64,000 nucleotides of DNA from positions 60,078,001 to 60,142,000 of the forward strand of contig CM097886.1 of assembly GCA_044892525.1 (NCBI GenBank), read 5' to 3'. A program made the position numbers and the translations under genes. This DNA is from Schmidtea polychroa (lineage: Eukaryota). The notes under the pieces were generated by a model that had not been told where the DNA came from, made no database searches, and saw only the letters and a list, made by a program, of their open reading frames with translations. Below are positions 13,018 to 24,334 of the stretch, in pieces (position 1 is the first letter of the stretch; every line of letters starts with the position of its first letter).

Positions 13018-13621
13018 CAGGGCCGAAGAGAGAGGGGAGACGGGTATTTTCCCGGCGCCCCGTTTTGAAAGGAGGCCCGGAGAGGTGCACTAAAATTTCG
13101 GAATTCGCAAATTTAAAAGCTTGTAAAGCAATGTTTATGTAATTTTGATTTAGAAAAAAATAATATCTTTTTAAACATTGAATTTAAATACATTCTTTCA
13201 AGATTTCAAAACTACTAAAAATCAACGAATTTTTACTATCGCAAATAATACTACTCGAATAAAGTGATTTTTCTAAAATTTATAGTAACAATTAAATTTC
13301 TGTTTGAATCGACGTCCGCTAATTTGTTTCCTGTTTTGTTTGTATGAAAGCATACTAATGCTCAATTGTCATGGGTGCTGGATCTATTCTGCTGCCTATG
13401 ACCATTGAGCTATGGGATCGAGTGATCGATTCAAATTTTAATTTGATGTTCAATATTTTCAAATATATTCCATATAAAAAAACCAATTGTCCGTTCAACC
13501 AAAAGTATGATTGCATACAAACAAAACACATAACAATTTAGATTAAAAAAATATTATAATAATCGATAAATGGCCCGCGTTATCATTTTACCAGGGTCCA
13601 TCCAGACTTTCTACAGCCCTG
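13018..13621. mobile_element. hAT-type MITE
   Basis: Imperfect TIRs CAGGGCCGAAGAGAG / CTTTCTACAGCCCTG. Flanks GTTGGCAT and GTATGCAT match at 6 of 8 positions (degenerate TSD). Confidence 0.65.
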
Positions 13622-14239
13622 GTATGCATAAAGTTCATCAGAAATGTATGTATCAAGATTGAAACATTTCAAATGGAAATGCTGGCAAATTTGAAAAATA
13701 ACTGGATGAACCAAATAAAGAACAATTTTTTAAGATATGTAAAAGTTAATATTGTTTCGGGCGATCTCTGTGCGCTCAACGGGTTGTGCAGGCATTGTGT
13801 TGTGGTGCCTGTTATGATTATCTAGTGTGTCTTACTTTAATTTGGTGTGTATCCTGGATTGTTGATTTCTATAGATCATACATGTATCTGATTGGATAAC
13901 TCTTTGTATTTTTTGTTGACAAAATTGAATCAATACAGTTTAAATCGATTTTTTCTAGTTTTTTCGAATCGAACTTTGTTTCTCTGTGCGATTTTCAAAT
14001 TTTGTAATTCGATTTATTGGAATATAATTTTCTCTGAATTTGGAATTCTTAAATGATTTTCTATTTCAAAAAAGATGAACCAACTTTGATATTCATGAAT
14101 TAAGTAGAAACTTTAGTCAATAAAGAGAAGATAAAATCAATGAAGTGTGATATGAAATGTTCTTTTAGTGATTCAATCAGTGACTCGCTGAACGAAAATA
14201 ATATCAATCGGAATTCATCGAGAAAGAGAACGAGAAGCG

Positions 14240-14910
14240 ACCGGTGATAGGGTTAGCTTGATTCGAATTCCAATGGAAAAGTTCAATCTAGTGAACACAG
14301 ATCTAAGAATTAGATGAATTTCAACAGAACCTTCAAAGATACGCATTTCATAAAATATCTTTCATATGTCATGGAATTCCCATTGAAGTTATAATTAACA
14401 GGATCAAATATAATTGAAAACAAATAACGCGGATTACAAAATGTATTCTTATTGAAAAACATTAAAACAATGTTTTTTATTTCATTTTCTGCATCAAAAC
14501 CATTAATTAATAGCCTTCATTCACAACCGTGGCATTATTTGAAGAGAACTATAAAAAAAGAGATATTAAAAAGTTTAAAACAAAAATTAATGAATTAATT
14601 AGCTTAAATTAGCTACAATGCCTTATAAATTAAAGATCTTATGACAATAAAATGCATTATGCAAACGTTCAACTGAGTTGTTGTGATTTCAAGCATATCT
14701 TACTTGAAATCCTACTGACTGTATTATTCTCCAAATACTCCAAAAATTTTGAAATACTTCTGGAAACACAAAGGAAATATCTTGAATTATTGAAAAATTT
14801 AATAATTATCAGGAACGAGTAATTTGTGAAGTTTCATTGATAAGATAGTAGGATCCGAAAATGAATGTGCAACATGTCGTGAACACTTGTGTCTTGAATG
14901 TTTCTAAATA
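14240..14910 (+). pseudogene. Possible piggyBac transposase relic
   Basis: GDRVSLIRIPMEKFN segment and a terminal Cys cluster ECATCREHLCLECF* resembling the piggyBac cysteine-rich domain. Many stops. Confidence 0.35.
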
Positions 14911-15046
14911 GTTTGAGAGATAAATTGTGGGTATATAGATTGTTATGATTTTCAAATATGTTAAATTATTAAGTAAAAATAATTATAATTTCTATTTTAA
15001 AAATATTTTAATTTATGGATTGTTTGTTAAAATTAACAAATTATAA

Positions 15047-15421
15047 TAAAATATTTGGTACTTCCGTGTTATTTTACCCCCAAAAATTAAATTAAAAAAG
15101 AACATATAATTATTATATTTATTTTCTAAATCACAGTTACAAACTTAGCAAATGTTTGTAAAGAGTTTGTAAATGGTCATCTAGGTGGCCAGAAAACCAC
15201 AATGTCGTTGAGAATAGTGTCGAACACATCGGCACTGTTGCTTAGAACACGTTTGCGCCACATAAACTCACATAATCACATAAATCACAGATAGCCTTAA
15301 TAAATTCATGTTCAATAACGTCATCAATAATGTATTCTCTCATTTTTTATATTGTTATTTTAATTGTATTTTATAATTTAATTTTTGGGGGTAAGATAAC
15401 ACGGAAGTACCAAATATTTTA
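15047..15421. repeat. Inverted-repeat (MITE-like) element
   Basis: ~50-bp arms AAAATATTTGGTACTTCCGTGTTATTTTACCCCCAAAAATTAAATTA, inverted at 15374-15421. Confidence 0.65.
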
Positions 15422-17422
15422 GAAAATTTGAAATATATTTATTAAAAATAATTTATTATTTAAACTAAATTTTAAAAATACTTTTTAAAATCAATAATAT
15501 TTGAATAATTTTTTTATTAAATCTATTATTCAGATGTTTAGTGGGCAAATCTAGATGAAAAGATCAGGTACTTAAACCTCTACACAATTATTTACGCTGA
15601 CCTCTTCTGAACCCATGGGGCTCTACCATGTTTGTATTTTACATAGGAGCTAATGTGAATGAACAAGTGAGTTTAAAATCCTAATTAGGAGTTCAACTCG
15701 GGTATATATCTGCATGAGAGCTTTGCTCTGTAAGCAGCTCTCGATTTATTTCGGGTATGGAGTCGAAGCACTGATGAAAACATTACTTTTAAGGATAAGG
15801 TAAATGTGCAAATAAATAAACGGGAGACTGAACAAAATAGACAAATGAAAAGCTAATTTAACAGTAAAACTATATTAGGGATTAAAGATAACATACGAAA
15901 ATAAAAATAAAAGTTTTAAGATTCGTTCGAAAATTTGGCTTCAATTGATTGTAAAAATTGTTATAATATAATTGTATACTGAAAATTGTGGTGAAAACGT
16001 CGGCTTTATAATAATTTTGTGTCCTGGCTTAACCAAACAGGTGATGATACAATTCCTCATTTGGATTCGTTTTAATCTTATCTTTTATTTTAAAATGATT
16101 CAACCTAATTGGTTAATTATTAATAATTATTATTAAGTATTATACTCATTCTTTGCTTTAATTATTTATATTTATTATTTTTATCTAATTTTCTTCCCTT
16201 GATTGGTTTTTTGTCTTTTATTTCAGACACGTCACCAGGGACGTCCTCGGGTGTTTTTCGCTGCTCTGTGTTTTTTTTGTTCCTTTTTCTTGGCGATTTA
16301 TATTTATTTCAGTAATTAATGTCCCTTGTGTAATTACTTGCGTTATTTAATTTATTAATCATCTATTTCTTGAAGTTCTGTGTATTTTAAATAGCTGCTT
16401 GCGGTTTCCGTGCTCTATTGCTTTCATCTCGACCTACTCGTACCTGGTTCATTATATTTATTTTTAAGTAAGCTTATTTTTTTGTTTTTTCATTTATTTG
16501 GATTTGGTTTTACCCAGCTCAGTCAATCACTATAATATCTATAATTTTTTTCTATTCGACCTTATGAAAACAGGAAAAATGTCGCAATATATTGTGAAAT
16601 GAATTTGTGATTAGCGCTTTGTTATAATTCTAGTAATATTATTATTGGGTTATTAGTGAATTATGGGAAAACACTACTGACTCCTCCGTGCTGTATAAAG
16701 AATAAAGAAGAACTAACACAATAAATTTTATTTAATAAATTACACCCGTTAATACACACACTAGATTTCTAAAACTTACACTTTTTCTTTATAATAATAT
16801 CGGTAGGTAGCCTAATCAGTATCCATCTCTGCGAACTTGGGTAGGTTTCGCTTAGGACTTACAAACTCTCGTTTAATCACACCAAAACATTTTATAAGTT
16901 TTAATAACCGGCTCCTTTTATAAGACACTCCATTATCCGTCATCTCCTTTAGTTTAATTCTCAACTGAAATTTGGGAAAGATTAAATTAATTACTGTCAT
17001 CTTACCTATCAAGCTCGGGAATTTTTTTACTAATTAAATTGAAAATTCGATTTCAATTAATTAATTAGTTTGTAATTTTTTAATAACTCCTCTCTATTTT
17101 TTGATTTTTTAATTAACTTTTGCACTTCATTTTATTTTCTGCATTTTTGTGTTAAATTTTATTTTTTATTGTTTTATATTTTTGTTTATATTTTTGTGTC
17201 GGCCCCTTAATTTTACATAACTCTCACATTATTATATTACTGTTAATATATAATTAATTAAAATATTAATTATAATTACACTATTTCATATCTCCACGTG
17301 TTAAAAGAAATGCCAACAAAATTTTCTAATCCAACAACAGATGTTGTCGTTAGACTAGTTTTCCCATTATTAATTGTGTTTGTGATTGTTTTTCAAATTG
17401 AATTTCCAAAATAATAAATCTC

Positions 17423-20087
17423 ATGATTAAATTGTTAGATTTTTTATTAATTTATTAATTAATATTTAATTTATTTTAGGATATTATTCAATTGGTTAAT
17501 AACCCTTGAAATTGCGTTTGGTATCAATGACGAGGTCTGCTCAATTACCAAATACACGAATGATTTTACTAAAGAGGTTTCAGAAGAATCTTTGCCATCG
17601 CGAAAGCGAATTGAATGGTCAAAGTTAAAAAAGCTAGCCTCTTCTGGAATTGACACCATAGAATGTTATAAATTGAAAAAATCTCATTCGGTCTTATTCG
17701 GGCCGAGAGTTTTCAAATTTGAGGATTATTTATTTGATAAGTATAGATTGAAGCCCGCCAGCCAAAATAAAAAGAATGAAAATAAGCAAACTATAACAGC
17801 TGATGAAAACCTAATAACTAATACTAAAAAAGAACCCGAGCAAGCAAAAAAGGAAATAGATTACAGAAATGATTCTAGTCATGATGCTGCCAATACAAAT
17901 AAGATTGATGGGGAAAACCACGTGGTGAAGACAACTGAAAAAGCGATTGAAAATGACACATTAATCAATGTATTAAATGTTAATAATGCAACGAAACTTC
18001 AAACTAACGGTGAAAATATTGACAAAGAAAGCGTGACAATTAATAATGATTATCATAATTCATTTCAAAAGCAAAAACTAAAAGAAGCGACAAATACGAA
18101 AAAAGACAATAGCTTACAAAATAATGATGACAACCAAAAATTAAATCAAGACCGAAAAGAATCTGAGAAAATGCCGAATTTATTAGACATGCAATATAGT
18201 GAAGAAATTAATAATGAAATAAAATCTAAAAAAGAAGGGACAGATTTCCAATCTCAAGGTAATCAGGAGAGGGATAACATAACAGAAACTGATCAAATAG
18301 AAATGAATGTAAGAAAAAAAGAAAAAGATTTCGAAAAGAATAAAACTAACACTAAAAATGAGACTACTAAAAGGCCAGAAGAAACAAATTCCAAACAATC
18401 GGGTAATGAATTAACAAAGAGGAAATCTGAAAATGATAACACTATTAAAATTGGCTTAGATATTGTAGAAGGCTTCATAAATCGAAAGGACTCCGAAGAA
18501 ACTAAAAATGGAAAAACTGCATATACCTTAAAAAATATCATAAACAATATTATCGAACAAAAAAATAGTCAGTTCGAAAGTTTAAAAAGAAAATATAAAG
18601 AAGATTCGCAAAAAGTCATTTATGAAAAGGAAGTAACGAGAAAAAATAAAATAAATAAAGATGATAAAAAAATGACAAATTCAAAATCTCAATCTAAAAT
18701 ATTACTAAAAATTGACGAAGAAACTGATAAGAAATCACCTAATGAAAGAGGAAAGCTTTCTAATGAAACTGTAAATGAAATCAATCAGGAAATTAAAGAT
18801 CTGTCGGATATCAACCAGATAAAGCTTACTGAAAATGTTCCAAATGATTTAGAAAAGAAAGAAATAAAAAAAGAAACGAAAATGAATAACCGACAAGATC
18901 CAAAGGTCTCTTCTATGAAGAGCAAAATTGAAACAAACTCTTTAAAACTACACACCGAAAACAAAAAAACCAATCCTAACAAATCTAATAAAATCAGCAA
19001 TAAGAAACCTCCGGGAACAAAAATAGAAAAGACCATCATAAAGAAAACCAATTCGAAAGGCACTGGAGAAAATAAATTAATCGACAAATCAGGTGCAAAA
19101 GCCCATATAAAAATGGGTGACAATAAAAATATTAACATTTCTAATAAGACAAACGAAAGACCTATTGACAAGTTATCAAAACCTTCGAAAAATTTGAGCA
19201 AAATATCAAATAATACAATTTTGAAAAGTGAGGAAGATGAAACAAAAAATAATACAGGTGCAAGTGGCAATGGTGATTCAAATCAAACGAATATTAATGA
19301 AATGAATAAAACCATTTCCCAAAATCTTTCTAATAATTCTTTCGCAGTAAAAAAGTTTATCAAAAAAGACCATTACAGTCGACGTCAGATAGAAAAGCAA
19401 GAATGCCAAAGTAAAGAAATCTCAGTTTTCTATGAATTAATAAATTATTATAAAAATCAACCAAGAGCTCCAAAGTCAGACGCTCGAAATGAAGAATTTC
19501 ACGCCGAAAGCAAAAGTATAAATGATCAAAAAAAGTATGAACCACCATTAATAGATTTAGAACAATTTTTGAATACTATTTATTCACAGTCATCCAAATT
19601 ATTATCGGAGTCTGAAAAAAGGATTTCCACTACATTTGGCAGCCGCTTATCCAAAATACAAAACGGAATATACCGCATAGAATCCAAATTGAAAATTCTA
19701 GACAAGAAACTCGAAAATATTTTCGCTAATCAAAATAATTTAGAAAAAAAACTTTTGACCATCGAACACCTTCACTTTCAACCTAACCAACATGAACCAT
19801 TATTAATAGAGATCAGAGAAAACCTAATTCAACTAAAAAACTCTACTAAAGATTTACTAATAAAAAAACAGAAGAGAAATAAAAATGTTATTTATCCAGA
19901 ACATCCAAAGAATTTTTTGAAAAATTTACATCCGAAAATTATTTTTCTTCCTTGCCAATTTTTTCAAATAGTCGGTTTCCAAATATGTTGCAAAGAAACT
20001 AAAAGAGTTCATGTAAAAATAAACGATAAACAAAGAATGACCTATCAAAGTTTAAAAAGTAAGCTTTATTTTAAATTTCTTATTTGA
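17423..20087 (+). CDS. Orphan secreted Lys/Asn/Glu-rich low-complexity protein (~870 aa) with C-terminal predicted coiled coil
   Basis: Exon 1 at 17423-17433 (ATGATTAAATT), a 46-nt GT-AG intron at 17434-17479, then one open frame to 20087. The spliced N-terminus MIKLILFNWLITLEIAFG-INDEVC looks like a signal peptide. The 3' end may splice further (GTAAG at ~20059). Confidence 0.75.
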
Positions 20088-20878
20088 ACAAAATTATAAA
20101 ATTTCTAAAAATCCTAAAATAAATAATTTATAATATTTAAATCAGTACCATTTTATGTTTTTACCATTTAATTATTATTATTGTTTGATATTAATGATTT
20201 TTCGATAGGAATTAGCTCTTAATCTGACTCCTCGCGTTCAATAATTAAGCAAATGAAATTCGAATTCCAATAAAATAACCAAATGCACTTAATAAAGGAA
20301 CCCGGTGGATACCACCCAAATTCAAAACACAATCTGCCTGAATTTCATTAACTTCAATTCTTTGACTCCTTTTAATGTGCTATTAATTTACTCTTTACGT
20401 TATTTGACTAACTTGCATTTTAACTTTTTTTGTCTGCATATATATAAAATTTCCGCCATTAATTATATGCCTAAAATTGAACTGTTTCATTTGCTTCTCA
20501 TACGATATTGGATCTAATTTGAATGCATAATATATTGCCCAATTAGACTAATGTGAGACGCTCATTCAATATCGAATTTGTTTTTTCCCAATTTTATTTA
20601 TTGGCTCATTAAGCTGACATTGCCTTAAATATAAATTAATTAATTAATTTGTTTTTAGGTTCATGACCCCTCTGTAAACCTCTCTTCGATTTAAAATAAT
20701 TTTATAAGTCTTCAATATTTCATTTGCCACTGGTTACCACTCCCCTCCGAAAACTATTGAATTTTACTTTTTTCGAATCTTTATTAATTTTTAATTGATT
20801 TAGGTGATTTGTAATTTTCCATTTTTATTTCATACGTTTGCATATTCCGAACATTAATATTATTATTTTTATTATTAT

Positions 20879-21676
20879 TGTTGAGGTCTGTAAATTAAAA
20901 TAAATTTAAATGGAATTTAGGTTGAAAATCTAAATAAAAAGTAAGTGAAGAAAAAAGAGAGACAAATAAAAGCGTGATCATGCACAGAATTGATAGTAAA
21001 GGAAAGTACGATGGAAGCAGTATTAGGAAATGGCAAAAGCAGTCACGAAAGGCAAGAATCCGGAAATCCGAGAAAAATCAATAAATTGTAAAATCATCGA
21101 AATCGAATTGGGAAAACGGGACAGGTATAGATTAGCTAATGGTGAACAAGATGATAATTAGGGATTTATCAGAAAATGGTTAGAAAAAGTCGAAAAGCAT
21201 TCAAATGTGTAAAAACAAAAAAAGTTAATTAATTAATTGGCTAATAGAAAACCCGCGCTAGTGGGAAACCCGAGTCAATGGAGAACCCGAGAGATGAAGG
21301 AAACCCGAGCTGGGTAAACAAGAAGGAAAGTAAACAGAAGGAAGATTTGGGTCCATTAGCTTGACACAATGATTATTTGGAAAAGAGCAAGGAGAAGATA
21401 TGTGTGCAGAAAGGCCGGACGGGCCATTAATTATCTTTGTTCGTTGGACCATTATGGGTGACAGCCGAAGCAATTATGTGGAAGCGAATGTCAAGTGAGA
21501 GATTGACTCGGCAATAACCATTTGTCATCCTGATTTCGAAGAGTATATAAGGAATGGGAAAATCAGAGCAAATCGGCTAGCTAGGGTTAAAAGAAATCGA
21601 GCCTAGGAAAAGGTAAAAACGAATTTAGGAGATTAGGGAAAAAGAAGAGATAGAATAAGAATAAAAATTGTGAACA
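20879..21676. mobile_element. LTR-like sequence of uncertain boundaries
   Basis: TGTTGA...TGAACA ends, purine-rich + strand, TATATAAG near 21545 and a GAAACCCGAG array shared with 46869-46970. No TSD found. Abuts the truncated Penelope-like RT. Confidence 0.3.
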
Positions 21677-23335
21677 ATGAGACTTGTTTTATCCATGATT
21701 GGCACTGCCCAGTATAAAATAGCCAAATTTTTGGATGGATTATTGAAACCATTAATACGATCAGAATTTGAATGTAAAGATAGTTTTGAATTTGTTTCCT
21801 GCATTGCACAATATGATAGACAAAGTATGGATGAAATTATGGTTTCGTTTGATGTTTGTAGTCTGTTTACTAATGTACCATTGGTTGAAACAATTGAATT
21901 ATGTTGCTTGTTATGGAATGAAAATATTTCTGAACATCATATTTTGGATAGAACAGCATTTCGTGAACTTCTTGCATTTGCAACTTCAAAAATCAATTTT
22001 CTTTTCAAAATGAATGGTATCAACAAATAGATGGAGTTGCTATGGGTTCTCCTTTAGCACCAACGATGGCTTCAATTTTTCTTAACAAGCTTCGAAAAGA
22101 AAATTGCATCTTTCCAATGTATGAAACCCACTGTTTATAAACGGTATGTGGATGATATTTTTCTTATATTTGAAAATCAGAGGCATGTTGACCCGTTTTT
22201 GCATTATATGAATAGTCTACATAAAAACATTGTATTCACATGTGAAACGGAGAAAAATCATCGCTTGCTTTCTTGGATCTGTTAATACAACGCAAAGAGA
22301 AACACTATGAGACAAAGATTTATAGAAAACCAACTGATACTGGTCTCTATACTTCTTCCGAAAGTTTTTGTGAATTCAAGTATAAAAGAAATATGGTGAA
22401 GGGGTTGATTTATCGTGCATGGTCTTTGTCTTCTACTTTTAAAAATTCAGTGAAAAGTGTTGACATATTGGTTGAATTGTTAATGAAGAACGGTTATTCA
22501 AAATCCTTTTTAGTAATTATGGTGAAAGAGACTGTTGACAAATTTATTAAAAATCGTAAGGATCCATGTTTGAGAAAATCTGGGTGTGATCTTGTTGAGA
22601 TGTGTGAGTCTGATGAGTTAAATAAATTAAATAGTGTGAGCCAGGATGATGAGCCTAAATTTGTGTTAGAATTGCCGTACTCAGAAGGTTTTAAGGATTA
22701 TAAAGTGAAGATAAGAAAGCAGTTAGGGAATTTAAACTATCGGATAGTGCCAACTTCATGGAAAGTACGCAATATGTTTATTAATAAGTCAAAAACTCCG
22801 GTTGAATTGTGTTCCGATCTCGTTTATCAGTTTACATGTAATGGGTGTAATGCCACATACATTGGAGAGACTTCCCGTCATCTCTGTATTCGAGCTCGAG
22901 AACATTGTAGACCGAAGGTTTTGACCCATATTGGTGAGCACAATAAGGGCTGTAAGATTAAAATAGGTATGTCTAATTTTAAAATTTTATTAAAAAATTT
23001 CGATAATTATTGGGAACGTGTGATTTGTGAGGCGTTGTTGATAAAATCATTGATTCCGAAAATTAATGTGCAGAATGCAGTGGATACTTGTGTTTTGAGT
23101 GTTTTTAAATAGGTTTTTTTATATTGTATGTATTGATTGTTGTATTAAATTAAATAATTAATAAAAAATTTTTAAATTATTAAATTAAATTTTAAATGTT
23201 AAAAATTTAAAAAAAAATAATATATTAAATCAAGTATAATTTTTTTAAAAATAAATATTGTTTTTATAAAATAAAAAGATTTTTTATATATAATTAATAA
23301 ATTTGTTTAAAATCCTTAATTTAATGAGTTATTAT

Positions 23336-23382
23336 ATCCCAACTGATGATTACAGGAAAACTGTCGAAATATATCGTGAAAA
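23336..23382 (+). ncRNA. Minimal type I hammerhead ribozyme-like motif (degenerate)
   Basis: CTGATGA (23343) - T - TACAG/GAAAA/CTGTC stem II - GAAA - TATA - TC (23375), with a palindromic stem III, located 230 nt after the PLE stop codon. Stem I pairs poorly. Confidence 0.6.
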
Positions 23383-23435
23383 GAATGTTTGATTGGCGGT
23401 ATCTTATAATTAAATCATTGCCATGTATGTTTAAC

Positions 23436-23500
<65 letters not shown>
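23436..23500. repeat. (TTA)n microsatellite
   Basis: Directly visible run of about 21 units. Confidence 0.95.
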
Positions 23501-23511
23501 TAAAACAATTA

Positions 23512-23575
23512 CAGCAGTCCCTCGTATAACACTTTACTTTGATTTATTTTATATTTAAGTTTAAATTATATTATT

Positions 23576-23659
<84 letters not shown>

Positions 23660-23737
23660 TTAGTTTAAAAAAGTTTCGTATAACATGGTTTTGATATAGC
23701 ACTGTACGAATTAACCCTGTTATACGAGGGAATACTG
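23512..23737. mobile_element. pogo/Tigger-type MITE carrying a (TA)n tract
   Basis: TA-flanked TIRs CAGCAGTCCCTCGTATAACA / TGTTATACGAGGGAATACTG, with (TA)n at 23582-23655. Confidence 0.85.
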
Positions 23738-24008
23738 TAAGTGATAATTTAAGCATTTTGTTGCGAATAATTTATTTAATGAAAAAAATTTCGACTATAA
23801 GATAGTCCTTGTCAATCTGCTNNNNNNNNNNNNNNNNNNNNNNNNNNNNNNNNNNNNNNNNNNNNNNNNNNNNNNNNNNNNNNNNNNNNNNNNNNNNNNN
23901 NNNNNNNNNNNNNNNNNNNNNNNNNNNNNNNNNNNNNNNNNNNNNNNNNNNNTTCTCAGTTTTTCTATTTAATTAGTGACACATAAACATAAGATTAAGT
24001 TTCTATAG

Positions 24009-24065
24009 CAGTGGTCGGCAAACTGTGTGCCATTGTGACTTCTCAGATGCGCCGCGAAAAGTTTT
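24009..24065. mobile_element. hAT left-end fragment
   Basis: CAGTGGTCGGCAAACT, a typical Buster/Charlie TIR. Partner end not found. Confidence 0.45.
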
Positions 24066-24334
24066 TGAATATTGAAAAATTTTCTATTCAATCCGCTTCA
24101 TTTGGATTTATTTTAAAAAATTTCAGATCAAAAACAAAAAAAAATTAGTAAGAAAATCGCATTTATTTTGCTTTGTTATTGCCTTTGATTTTGTGTCGAT
24201 TTTTTAACTCAATTAGTATAGTAACAATTTTTACATAAAAATATGTTCACTTTGTATTATTAATGGCATATTTATGACATTGCCCATATTTTTCAATATT
24301 TATTTTAGAATTTTTAATACGAATTTAATTTAAG

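Larger units (their letters stand above)
21677..23500 (+). mobile_element. Penelope-like retroelement (RT + GIY-YIG), 5' truncated and frameshifted
   Basis: RT motifs SFDVCSLFTNVP, QQIDGVAMGSPLAP, YKRYVDDIF, FLD and IYRKPTDTG. Endonuclease VYQFTCNGCNATYIGETSRHLCIRAREH...CEALLIKSLIPKIN. About three frameshifts, stop at 23112, AT-rich 3' region ending in (TTA)n. Confidence 0.92.

Noticed and set aside
16225-16470. Two exon-like segments encoding hydrophobic peptides
   Set aside because: No start, stop or homology could be established; may be repeat-derived.
16812-17012. Minus-strand ORF with an apparent 41-nt intron
   Set aside because: Splicing at the visible GT-AG gives stops in every frame tried; no recognisable product.
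18183-19548. Hydrophobic antisense ORFs opposite the K/N-rich gene, and similar shadows on the transposase and EGR genes
   Set aside because: Compositional mirror of A-rich sense codons.
23346-23558. Poly-Leu ORFs (also 36893-37141)
   Set aside because: Translation artefacts of (TTA)n/(AAT)n microsatellites.
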